This document shows, piece after piece, positions 26,671 through 60,425 of a DNA stretch of 64,000 bases. Origin of the DNA: Felis catus (taxonomy: Eukaryota); contig NC_058369.1 in NCBI RefSeq assembly GCF_018350175.1, forward strand, positions 19,282,001 through 19,346,000. Direction: 5' to 3'. Both the position numbers and the translations under genes were made by a program. The notes beneath the pieces were generated by a model. It did no database searches, had not been told where the DNA came from, and saw only the letters and a program-made list of their open reading frames with translations. The stretch's first letter is position 1; the number at the start of each line of letters is the position of its first letter.

Positions 26671-29600
26671 TTACAGCTTCGGCGGAGCTGCCTCGAAGGT
26701 GATCAGGCTGGATTCTGGGGCAGCCCCCTTCCCTGGGAGCATGGGGGCCTTGTCTGAGGGTAGGGGGCTATCCATCTTGGCCCCTGCCTCCTCTTCATCG
26801 TCATCCATGCTTGGCCAGACGGACTGGTCCTCCACTCTCTTCAGCCGTTCATTGAGGGCCTTCAGGGCCAGTTGCCTGGAGCCAGAGGAAAGATGACAAG
26901 TCACTTGGCTCATGCCCTGTACTCTTCCCCCCTGAAGCTGACTCCCCCTACCACCCAGATTTCTCTCAGAATTCTATGTATTCCCCTTCACCATGCAGGG
27001 CCCAGGGCTTCCCAGGGACTGGAGAGGGCCACCTCTGCCATCAGAAGAAGGACCCAAAGGCTGTAGAGCCTCCCCTTCATAGCCAGGGCACCTTCAGGCT
27101 GAGAAGGCCATCAGGGTGTTTGCCATACTGTCCACCAGGCCAGTCCCACGAATGATTCTGAGGGTGGTGCCTAAGCATGGGCAGAGTTGGTACCCCAAGA
27201 AAGATGGGTGGAAGGAGTCCCTGAACATGGGAGTTTCTGCCTGGGCACTGGTATCACATCCAAGGAGAGAGTTATTACTTCTTCCTCTCTCCTCATTAGG
27301 GGTGTTTTGAGTCTCCTGGCAAGGGTCTGTGGGGAATGCTGGAATGCAGGCACCTACCCTGGATCTCAACCTGGGAAGCAGGTCCAACTTGGGTCAGCCC
27401 ACCCCTCCTGACTCTAATGTTCTCCTTCCCAGAAGAATCCCCAAAGCCACCACTACCGGTGTTAGAGCAGTGAACACCAAGTCCTTGCAGAAAGAGGAGG
27501 AACAGCCCATTTGGACGGGACACAGGCCAAAGCTTACTGGTTCCACTGGACAAATCCTTTTGGATCTCACTTGGGGGGAGGTGGGAAAGTTGACTAGAAG
27601 ATATACACGTGCACTTGGGACCCTAGTCTACCAGGAGGTAGAATGCCCGTGCTGCCAGGCAAAACTTTCACTAGTGGTCACCATGAAACCCTGATGCCTC
27701 AACCTGTTTGTGCTACAAGCATGGGGGAACAGCCTGTAATAGCCTTCCAAGTTCCAGCAGAGAACCAAAACCTCCACCATACCAGGGAACGTGACAGAAA
27801 AGGCAACAAGAACACAGGTGCAGAAAACCCAAGCACAGTTCCACCCTTTCCTCCAGCCTGACACATGGCGAACTGGCATAAACAGGACAGTCCTTCCCTG
27901 TGCTACCCAGGCTTCCATCCTGGAGACTGCCTTGTCAGTTCTGTCTAAAGTCTGCCAATGTAGAGAGGTAATGGCATGCTAGTCACTTCCTCACAAGAGT
28001 CAAAGATAGGAAACCCTGTCTCCCCACTACTAGTAGCCATTTGGGTTTGGGAGTGGCATGCTGCCAGATGTCCAACTGCTTGGAGTAGTAACAACCATAA
28101 GGCTACGTCAAGAACCCACATCCTGACAACCTCGCCTACCCCAACCTGCCATTTTCTTGGGCCTGAGCAGAGGTGTTTTGAAATGTCAGCCAACCCTAAC
28201 AGTCCAAGACTTCTCACTAAAGGAGGAGTCACCACCGTGTCTTGGCCCCACCTGTAGAGCTGAGGACAGCTCAGTTTCTACCAGGCCCAACCCTCTTCTT
28301 GGTCCCATCTTCTCCACTGTATAAAATGAAGACAGACCTGTCTTTAGAATTCATCAGCCATAGACACAAACTGTAGGGCCAACAGTTATGCCCCGCAGCA
28401 TGCCTTGTGTACTTTTCAACATCCACCACCTTAGGCCATAGTAATCTGCAGCCCTTTCCCCTGCTGGAAACCCCTTCGTGAAAGGGGTGTGTCCCACACT
28501 GAAATCCACAGCCCCAGTGGAGAGTAAGCACAGGGATAACTTTTCAGCTGAATTCATAAAACTGTCTGCCAAGAATCCATTTCACAGGTGAGCAAAAGCA
28601 GAAGCTGACAGGAGGAACAAAGCCTGCTCCAGGCTTCACTACTAAAAGAACTGCCTCAAAAAAACAAGAACTCTCAACAATAATGTTGGAAATAGAGCTG
28701 TTACCACTCTGGTGAGTCAACAGACCTGGGAGAGAGAGAGAACGAGCCAGAAAGCTGGATTAAAAAAAGATCTGCCCTGCCCTGGCCAAGGTGCGTTCAG
28801 TGAATAATTCATCTGGGACTCCAGATGGTGCAGATGGCTTGGTTTACAGATAATTAAAAAGGTTGTCTCCACTCCCTGTGTGGTCAGCAGACTCCACAGT
28901 GGGTCACATGGCCTGTCCCCTGGGTTTGGTGACACATACATGCTAGAAGGACGGGGTGTAGTATCCCAAGTTTCCCTCTCAATAAGTGGCAGAGAAGCAC
29001 AGCATATGAATTTTTAAGATCCAGGAAGAGGACATGGCTCAGCATTTTGAAATTGGGGTGGCCCAGACTGCCTAATAAGAATCCCAGGTCTCTTTCTCTG
29101 TTCCTCCCTCACAGGGGAAAAAGGACCAGCAGGTCGTTTCTGGCTCCCATAGGACCAGTGTCTAGGATTCCGAGTTTCTGACATGATTAGGATTATGTGT
29201 ATCTGGCCATTAACCCCTCACACAGTATAAAAGGACACTGGGCATTTCTTGGGGCTTGTTAAGTAGCCTGAGTGTTGAGAAAGGCAACTTTCACTCCTTA
29301 ATGTTGGAAAACACCTACTGGAGCCCAGACTCCTACATGCTGAGTTTCTCAAAACCACAAACTGGATTTTATCTCTGAGTCTGCCCCAACACCTGACCCT
29401 TGGCTGCCAGCCAACATACAGCAAGTATAACAGACGATATGGGGCTTGATCAATACTCTCCTAGTTCAACAAGGTTTTGGAATACTCCACAGTACCTTCT
29501 CCGTTCTGCATCTTGAGGGTCTGTCCCTGGGAGGCTGATGGTGATGGAAGACGGGGCACCTACATCATAGCGCTTCACTGTCTTCTGGCATATCTTTACC

Positions 29601-30346
29601 TTCACCAGGAGGCCGTGCACCAAGTTCGCCAACAGCCCCACCACGGGCTGCAGAATCTCAGGGAAGAAGGTGGCAAAAGCGAAGTGGTCAGCCATGTCCC
29701 CTCGGCCTCGGCTATGGCGCTGGTAGAAGCGAAGATAAACCCAACTGGAGAGCAGCCCAAAGCCATAGGAGGCCAGTGCTGGGCTCTGGAGCAGCGTGGC
29801 CAGCCGCAACAGCAGCAGCAGCCCCAACAGCAGCATAGGCACCACGCTGACACGCACCTGGGGCACACGCAAGACCACACAGTCCCCCATGGTTTGCTTG
29901 AGTGCCACCAGGACACCACCTAGGAAGCCCAGGGCTCCGTGGATGCGGATAGTGAAAAGGTAGACCAAGTTGAAGGAAGCCATGTAGGTGAGGAGGTAGG
30001 CGAAGGCCCCCAACAACCCCACTGACACGTTCACCACTGAGAAGAAGATGAGCAGCTCCAAGGCCCCCCAGAGGGGCTCCAGCAAACGTCCAGCCACCAC
30101 CACCGTGGCAAGACTGATAGCCACATCCCACACGTGCTGTTCCATCAGCCCATGGGTGGCCAGGGTCCAGATCCAGAAGTTGGGCGGAAAGAGGTAGCCT
30201 GGGGTAACCGCCAGGCAGCCCGTGTCCACGGCGAAGGACAGCAGGTAGAGGAAGAGTACTGTCGCACACAGGGCCTTCACTACCACGCTGGCGCTGGCCA
30301 GGATGGCCCCCAAGTGCTGGCGGGCGCCCGGTAGGGCGCGCTGCAT
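26671..30346 (-). CDS. TMEM115: Transmembrane protein 115 (PL6), Golgi rhomboid-like pseudoprotease, 351 aa
   Basis: join(complement 29496..30346, 26671..26875). Donor AG|GTACTG, acceptor CCAG|G. 851+205 = 1056 nt. MQRALPGARQHLGAIL...DAERRR/QLALKALNERLK...EAAPPKL*. Confidence 0.97.
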
Positions 30347-31110
30347 CTTCCCGAAGGGCGTCGGCCTGGGGGAAGGGTCTAGTGTGTTAGGGGCCTCCCC
30401 GGGGCCTCGCCCCAGTCCGGCCCCGACGGGAGGCCCGGGCCCGGCCTAGTCACTGGCCTATGGCCCCGGTGAAGACTCCACTTCTGGTCGGGTTGGCTCC
30501 GGTCCCAAAGGGTCAAGTTGGGCCTGGTCGCGGGGCCGGGGCCTAGGCCCCTTGCCGGGGACCTGAGGGAAGGCCCTGGGAGGCTTCTGCACGTCTGCTC
30601 GCCTGCCTGCCCTGTGGGCCCCGCGCCGAGCTGACCGGGCTGGCGTTGATCTCAGGGCTCGGCCTATTCCATCCACTCGGGGGCCCTACGATCTGCGTGG
30701 GACTGGAGCCTAGTTCTGGGCCCCAGTCAAGTCTCGTCAGCTCCGGCTCGGCCTCGGTCTTGGCTACGACCGTACCTCCTCCCTTCCCAGGCACCGACAA
30801 ACAGGGTGCTGCGCTTGCGCGCTCCCGACTGCGGTGGGATGCCCTTCCGGCTCTGCGGCATGCTGGGACATGGAGTCCTCAGCCGAAGCCGGGGACGAGC
30901 GGATATCAACTTTCTGGGTAAAACTACAAGTTCCAGGAAGCTGCGCTCCCGAACCGTTCCAGTTGGTAAGGGGAAGGTGTGCTTGGGAGTTGTAGTTCTC
31001 AGGACAGTTTCCGCCTGTTGTCGGGGAGTGGGGAGGAGTCAATAGCTTCGCTAACCTGGAGGAAAGCTGCGGGTACCCGCGCGGCAGCGAAACTGCAGAC
31101 ACGCGCTTGC
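30340..31110. promoter_or_regulatory. TMEM115: TMEM115 CpG-island promoter and long GC-rich 5' leader
   Basis: CpG-dense region with ZNF143-type ACTACA...CCCA motifs at 30858-30876 (-), 30923-30940 (+) and 30981-30996 (-). Confidence 0.8.
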
Positions 31111-31439
31111 TGAATTTCCTGGGAACAGTAGCCCCGTGCATGTACATCTGAATACTTCTGAGTGTGTCTTTGTGGACAGGTGTGTGGGTAAGAATGTTGA
31201 TGGTCTTGGTGTGCGTACCAGTGTGCAGGGACTCCCGAAACTTCCGCAGCCTGGTGGTGTGTGTCTGATCCAGGTTGTATGGGTGTATGAGACCTGACCC
31301 AGATTGGAATTCTTGCTCTTCCATTTGGCGGCTGTGCGACACTGGCTAAGATTCCTCAATTTCATGGACGTAAAATGGAGATAGTTTTACGGTGAGGGTT
31401 CAAGGGGACTGTGGTGTAAAATGCCAGTCCACTCTGGGG

Positions 31440-31530
31440 GCTCAGTGAGTGTGTTGCCCAGGCTGCCCTTGTTACAAGTGTGGTGGCACTGCGACTTGAA
31501 CTCAGGTCTCCTGTCCCCAAAATGGCAAGG
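31440..31530 (-). mobile_element. MIR fragment
   Basis: CTCAGTGAGTGTGTTGCCCAGGCTGCCC...GACTTGAACTCAGGTCT resembles the reverse-strand MIR core. Confidence 0.45.
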
Positions 31531-31889
31531 CTGGACTGCTTTTAGTGACTCTCTTCCCCATCACAGATTTCTTATCTCTGGCCTTGAGGAGGAGAGATCT
31601 CCCCCACAAACTTGGGCCAGGGTGGCCCAGGGCCCTCACTTCACTGCATTGGTAGCTTCCAGCAGTTTGTGTCCTGTGCAAACTGATTTTTTGGTGTATT
31701 TACTTTTTAAAAATGTGCATATAGTTAAAACAATTATATGTGACAGAGCACATGTATAAAGTGCAGAATCCCTTCCTTTCGGCCACTGATCTCAGTACAA
31801 CTTCCGACCTGCGCATAGCCTTCTAGGTTACAAAAGGTGTTGACAGTCTTTTCTTTGTCTAGGGTCTGGACTTTAATTTGATGCCAGAG

Positions 31890-32092
31890 AGGGTTGCCAG
31901 CTTTAGCAAATCAAAATACAGGGTGTTCAGTCAAATTTGAATTTCAGATAGGTGAATAATTTTTAGTGTAAGCATGTCCCCAGTTTTTTTAGTATTGTTG
32001 TATCATACAATATTGGAAACATACTAAAAAAATTCATCATATATCTGAATTTAAATTTGACCGGATGTTCTACATTTTATCTAGCAACCCTA
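31890..32092. mobile_element. MER53-like palindromic hAT MITE
   Basis: Termini AGGGTTGCCAG...CTAGCAACCCTA and internal inverted arms (AAATTTGAATTTCAGATA at 31933-31950 versus TATCTGAATTTAAATTT at 32042-32058). Matches the MER53 consensus as recalled. Confidence 0.85.
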
Positions 32093-33474
32093 TCCTGGGA
32101 CCGAGCAGGCATGGGAGGGCATGGGAGCTCTCTCAGGGGTTACTAGTTAGGCATTGCTCTGTGGCCAACCACTGCAGGAGGAGTGAGGAAGAGTGTCTTT
32201 GCTAAGGCCCAGAATGTCCTCCTGCATTTATTTAGTATCCAATGCCCCCCAACCAGGTCACCTCAGGTTTCTAGCTGAAACCTTTGCTGATTTCTTGCCT
32301 TTCTCACCAAGCAAGAGAGGAGACTTAGTCTCTGTTCGTTTATCTGTCTATGGGGATAAACTAGTACCAAGTCTAAGGTGTAAGCTGACTGCCTACCAGG
32401 TGAGTGCAAAGTGTGTTGTGAGTAAGCATCAGCAGTATTAGGAAACCTCTGTTGGGGGGGAAAAAAAGGAAACCTCTGTGCTGGTGGTTACTAGTTTCTC
32501 TCCTTGAAAACAATGTGAAGGGTCACATGGAAGTAGGGTTGATTATTAAGAGAGTTGGGATTAAAATGAACAAGGGCACAGGGCAGGCCAGAGGGAGGTC
32601 TGAGAGGATTCACAGAAACTGATTCAGTTTTGGGTTCCAGAATGAGCAGTGGCAGTCAGGGAGAACACTGGGCCCTGGGCCTCCCCTCAACTGAAAAGGA
32701 GCCATGGTCATGCTTATGGGTGGACCAGACCCTGGCCTTCTCTGGATAGCAGGATGGGCCCTCAAACACCAGGTCATGGACTTGGGCCAGGTATTAACTC
32801 ATCGCTCCAAGTGGATGACCTGCCCACTAGGCCCTGGTGGTCTGACCTGGTGGCTAGATGCCTTCTTAAACTCAAATTTCATCTGTCTTCTTTCTTCTGT
32901 CATCCTGGCCTTTAAGGACAGCTTTTCTCAGAGATTATCTGAGATGCAGGATGTCAAGGATCTGGTATTTAGGAAGCCCAGGAAGCGTCATGCCCTACAC
33001 CTACTGGGTACCTGGGTTGCAATAGCCTTCATTCCCAGTTGAGTATTAGGTGGGACTTTGAGGTCATGGCTACCTGTCTTCAAGCTACCCAATTCCCACC
33101 CNNNNNNNNNNNNNNNNNNNNNNNNNNNNNNNNNNNNNNNNNNNNNNNNNNNNNNNNNNNNNNNNNNNNNNNNNNNNNNNNNNNNNNNNNNNNNNNNNNN
33201 NNNNNNNNNNNNNNNNNNNNNNNNNNNNNNNNNNNNNNNNNNNNNNNNNNNNNNNNNCTGACTTGTCTGTACAAAATAGAACAACAACCAAAAAAAAAAA
33301 AAGGGCAGAGAAAAGGAAATGGCCCCCCAGTCCCCCACAGATCCCCCGAGCCCGAGGTGAGGGGGCAGCCAGGTCGGGTGGGTGATGAGAAGGATTAGAC
33401 CCAGCTGGGGGTTGGACAACTACCTGATGGGGATTGTTTGTCTGTTTTCCTGTTTTTTAAACTTAAAATATATA

Positions 33475-33480
33475 TTTATT
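33475..33480 (-). terminator. CACNA2D2: Probable CACNA2D2 poly(A) signal AATAAA
   Basis: tttatt on + at 33475-33480 inside an AT-rich block, about 1.6 kb past the stop codon. Confidence 0.6.
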
Positions 33481-34383
33481 TTTCTGTATATGTTTCTTTT
33501 TTATTTTTATATTCTCCATTGAGCACCTGACTACACTACAGTTACACACACGCCCCCGCAAGACATGGCTGGCATCTAGGCTGGGTGTACAGCATGGGTG
33601 CCCACCCTGGCACCAGCAGCGGGCATGGACCATACACACACACTGAGAAAGCAACAAGCAACGTGACATTAATTAATGGAGCCATTAATTAATGCATCAC
33701 CCTCCCCCCTCCTCCCAGTCCATCTGAACCTCTTGGCCACATCCCCCTGCTCTCCCGTCCCCCACTCATCCCGTGCCCCCAGGCTGGGATGCCTATGGGG
33801 GAAATGATCAGAATGAATGGTGTGAAGACATGTGCCTGGGCCCAGCCTCTGTGTGTGCACAGAGTGTGTGCATGTGTGTGTGTATGCGTGCAGGTGTGTG
33901 TTCAGCAGGGGAGAGCAGTTTGCTCCCCCTCCCCCATTGTGTGAGTGTGAAGAAACAGGGAGTGGAGCACAGGCCTGAGTGTGTAAGGGCCAGATTGGGG
34001 GTGGGATAGCCCAGCCAGGAGTGATTATGTCACTCTGGCTAAGGCAAAGGGCAATGTCTGGTGAAGATTCCTCTGCCAAGAGGTGCAGGCAGTGGCATGT
34101 GGTCTCGCTGGGGGCCTGACACTAGTGCGAAATGGTTACAATGAGCACCTGGTGGGGTGAGGGACATTTCCAGGACACTGGTGGCTAGGGTGGGACAGAG
34201 GTGAACCCCCTGTCCCAGCATTTGGCACTGTTTGACATTCAGCTTTAGAGATAGAGGACCAGCTGGGCTGCAGGTCAGATTAGAGGTGGGCAGTGAGCAG
34301 ATGAAGTGTGCATGTGCCAACCCTCCCACCAACCCCCTGCCCTGTGTAAGGCTTTGTGAGCCCCTACCCCCACCCCATCCCAT

Positions 34384-34384
<1 letters not shown>

Positions 34385-34428
<44 letters not shown>
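34385..34428. repeat. (GT)22 microsatellite in the CACNA2D2 3'UTR
   Basis: Perfect run; reads as CA-repeat in the mRNA. Confidence 0.95.
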
Positions 34429-34429
<1 letters not shown>

Positions 34430-34956
34430 TGTGTATGTGTGTTCGTCCTCCTAGGTAAGTCTAATGTGAATCCAGTTTCTGCCCTCAGGGCTCCAGGTGT
34501 TTATGGGGTTGTGTCTGAGCCAGTGTCACTGTCACTGGCCTGTCACCTGCAGGGCTGGAAGAAGGTGGGAGGTGGCTGTAGGCCTGATAGGGGCAGGAGC
34601 CATTGAGGGGCTGCCTCAGGACCTCCCTCCTGCCAGGACTTAAGATGGGATGCACAAGCCTCAAACTGCCCATCTCAACTTCATTATTCCCAGGGAATCC
34701 AGATTTGGTCCTGGGTGGGACATAAAGGCCAGGTTAGAGAAGTCCACCTGGGGCAGGGCCTGGGTCTCCCACACAAAGGGAGCCTTGGGGCAGGGTGGGC
34801 AGTGGAGGCCTGGTTTGGCACCAGTACTGTGGCTTCCCTGTCCCAGCCCTCAGGGGCGGGTGAGTCCAGTGGGAATAGAGGGTCTGGGGTCACTTTGACA
34901 GTTCGGCGGCGAGATGTGGCTTGGGGGCCAAAGACCTGCGGCACCCTCCTTTGGGA

Positions 34957-34973
34957 CCCCCCCCCCCCCCCCC
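34957..34973. repeat. C17 homopolymer (G17 in CACNA2D2 mRNA)
   Basis: About 130 nt downstream of the stop codon. Confidence 0.9.
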
Positions 34974-35039
34974 TTCCAAGGCTCAGACTTGGGCCTGGCT
35001 ACTCAGGTCCTTCGGTGAGGGAGGAAGTGAGGCTCTAAG

Positions 35040-57637
<22,598 letters not shown>

Positions 57638-60202
57638 CTGGTGGGAGACAGACACCTTGACCCCCACAGCTTCTTACAAGGTCACCTGAGGTGCAGCCAG
57701 GATGCCTGCCCTGAGGCCAGCAACGGTCCCCTCGCTCATCTCTCATCCAGAGGAGCCAGGGGGAGGGCTGTCGGGAGTCAGGCCTGGCATGCCCACCCCC
57801 ACCCCAGACAAAGCCCTTCAGGGGCCCTCACAGGCTCCAGGGGGATGTGGTGCTCCAGGTTGGGTGGGGATTCCCCAGGGCTCCTGGACTGCAGGACCAG
57901 GGTCTTAGTACTGCAGCCCAGCTGAAGGGTGGGGTCAGAGCCAGCCTGTCTGCAGAGACTCTGACTGAAGCACTACCGGGGTTGGAGGGTGTGTGTGTGG
58001 GGGGGTGTAGTGAGGAAGATGGGAAAATAGAGCCGAGTCTGGGCCAGAGTGAAATAATGACTCGACACCGCATCTTCCAATTTCTTCTATTAAAAAGCCT
58101 GCTCATTACGGGCATGTACTTATTAATTATCTGTGATTTGTTGTGAAATGCAAGGGGGTTTACACAACAGGAGCGGGAGAAAACAAAGCCCAGCCCCCGC
58201 GCCTGCCTCCCGGCCGCCTGCGCCTGCAGTGTTAGCCCCACACATCCCGGCCTCACCCGCCTGCCCGACGCCTGGGTTCTTGGCCATCTGCGCGTCATAA
58301 TCACCGGCCACCCCGGGGACCCGTAACACAAACGGGCTAATTTCATGTTTAATGATCTTTAATCAGAACTGAGCGTGGCTGACAGAGGCCGCCAGAAGGT
58401 GAATCTGGTGCCATCGAGTGCCACCGGCTTAGGAAGGGCCATTCCACTCCTGCCCTTGTGGGCTCTAGGGTCAGGACACAGGATAAGGCCACTGTCCGAG
58501 TCACCCTCTTCCAGTGTTCCTCAGTGCTGTTTTGTACAGCAAAAACCTGGTGCATGGCCCTGGCAGTCTGCTTTTTTGTGGTCTGAAAATGGGGGTGTTG
58601 ATCAAGAAGTTTGGTCCCAGTGGTGCTCCCAATGGTCTGGCTGTAATACAGCAAGCACAGAGCCAGCGATTACTCTTTGGTGGGCAGAAGTCACCTTGGC
58701 CGCTTCTTTGCCGTGTGACCTCAGGGCTGCACTGCTCCCTCCTAGTTCAGGCTCCCCATGCTTCAGGGTGGGGCTTGGCCTTGGTGACTGCCCAGGTGCA
58801 GGGTCTGAGGCCATGGTGCGAGGTGGTCAGTATGGGGGCCTGTTGTGGGGACAGTGGTGAGTTGTCTCCCACCAGAGGTCTGGGGGCTACAGGCCACTGG
58901 CTATACCCGTAAGCATAATCCAAGCATTCTGCAACACTGACTACATGCCTGGCACCACGCTTGGGCAAGACCACAACAGCCGATGAACGTAAGACCAGAG
59001 GAGACTTGATTGCTTCTGTGGGGCTTGTGACTCCCCAACATACAGATGAGGACACGGCAGGGGTAAGAAAGGCTTCGCACCCAGGCTCCAACCTGCCTTC
59101 CTGTTGCATCTCCAACCCTTCCCACACCCACCCACCCACCAGTCCAGGAAGACTGGAGCCCAGGTGGGCCCGGGGTGGGGGTGAGGGCCGGGGCCCAGGC
59201 TCCAGGGTGCTCGGCCTTTCCTTGCGCCTGGCTNNNNNNNNNNNNNNNNNNNNNNNNNNNNNNNNNNNNNNNNNNNNNNNNNNNNNNNNNNNNNNNNNNN
59301 NNNNNNNNNNNNNNNNNNNNNNNNNNNNNNNNNNNNNNNNNNNNNNNNNNNNNNNNNNNNNNNNNNNNNNNNNNNNNNNNNNNNNNNNNNNNNNNNNNNN
59401 NNNNNNNNNNNNNNNNNNNNNNNNNNNNNNNNNNNNNNNNNNNNNNNNNNNNNGGTGGGAGGACTGCAGATTAGAACATGGGGCTTCACTCACCAACTTT
59501 TTAAGCAAACCTCCAGCAAGGACGGGAGAGGGCATGGGCAGGGGCCGGCAACTCTGGGGCCCCCAGGAGACCTGTGCTTCTCTCACAGGCTGGGCTGGCT
59601 CCTGTCTGCACCCGGGCCACCCCTGGGCCACCCTTCCAGTTGCCCCAATGGCTCCCTTTGTCTTTTTGTCCTGCTGTTTCATGGTCTCAGCAGAGAACCA
59701 GATGTTGGTGGCATCAGTGACACAGGGGGAACGTGTCATTCAGGAGGGTTCCGGTCCCCTGTGGACCATGCGCAAGGCTCAGGAATCTGTATGTGGCCCT
59801 TGTCCCCCAGGAGGCAGGACCCCTCCCTACGTCTCCCACCTTGAGAGGTCAGGCCATGCCCCTTCCTTGGGAGAGAGTAGCATTAGCATGGGGTGGTGGC
59901 GGGCAAGGTCACATGTGTGAAAATACATTGTAGACACAGCTGTGGTCTCTATGCTTGATGTGATGTGGAGCTGGGGGTGTGACCATCAGGGTTGGGGTGG
60001 GAGGGTCCCTGGAGAGGCCTTTGTGTCTGCTTTGGCCTGCACAGTGCCCTGGTGTCCACCATTACTGCCCTGCCTTGGTAAGACCACGAGGAGGTGGTAC
60101 CTAGTGATTACACACAGGGGCCTTGGCAAAGGGTCCTGGCCTCAAATCCTGACCTGAACATGTGAGCTCTGGGATCCAGAACAGTGAGTGAAGACTAAGC
60201 CT

Positions 60203-60425
60203 GGGGCGCCTGGGTGGCTCAGTCTGTTGAGCGACCGACTTCGGCTCAGGTCATGATCTCACGGTTCGTGAGTTCAAGCCCTGCGTCAGGCTCTGTGCTG
60301 ACAGCTCAGAGCCTGGAGCCTGCTTCTGATTCTGTGTCTCCCTCTCTGCCCCTCCCCTGCTCATGCTCTGTCTCTCTCTGTCTCAGAAATAAATAAACAC
60401 AAAAAAATTAAAAAAAAAAAAAAAA
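60203..60425 (+). mobile_element. Felid-type CAN-SINE (SINEC_Fc-like), young
   Basis: Full length, with the GCCTGGAGCCTG segment typical of felid SINEC, a long A tail and a short TSD AAGCCT. Confidence 0.93.

Noticed and set aside
29450-29495. TMEM115 as a single-exon 298-aa ORF ending YCGVFQNLVELGEY*
   Set aside because: A donor at 29496/29495 and an in-phase second exon give the 351-aa protein; the extension is intron read-through.
33102-33257. N-gaps at 33102-33257, 56335-56514 and 59234-59453 as sites of hidden features
   Set aside because: Content is unreadable and the flanks give no specific signal, so nothing can be claimed.
60203-60290. tRNA-like sequence with A and B boxes at SINE heads
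   Set aside because: These are the tRNA-derived 5' ends of CAN-SINEs followed by CT tracts and A tails, not tRNA genes.
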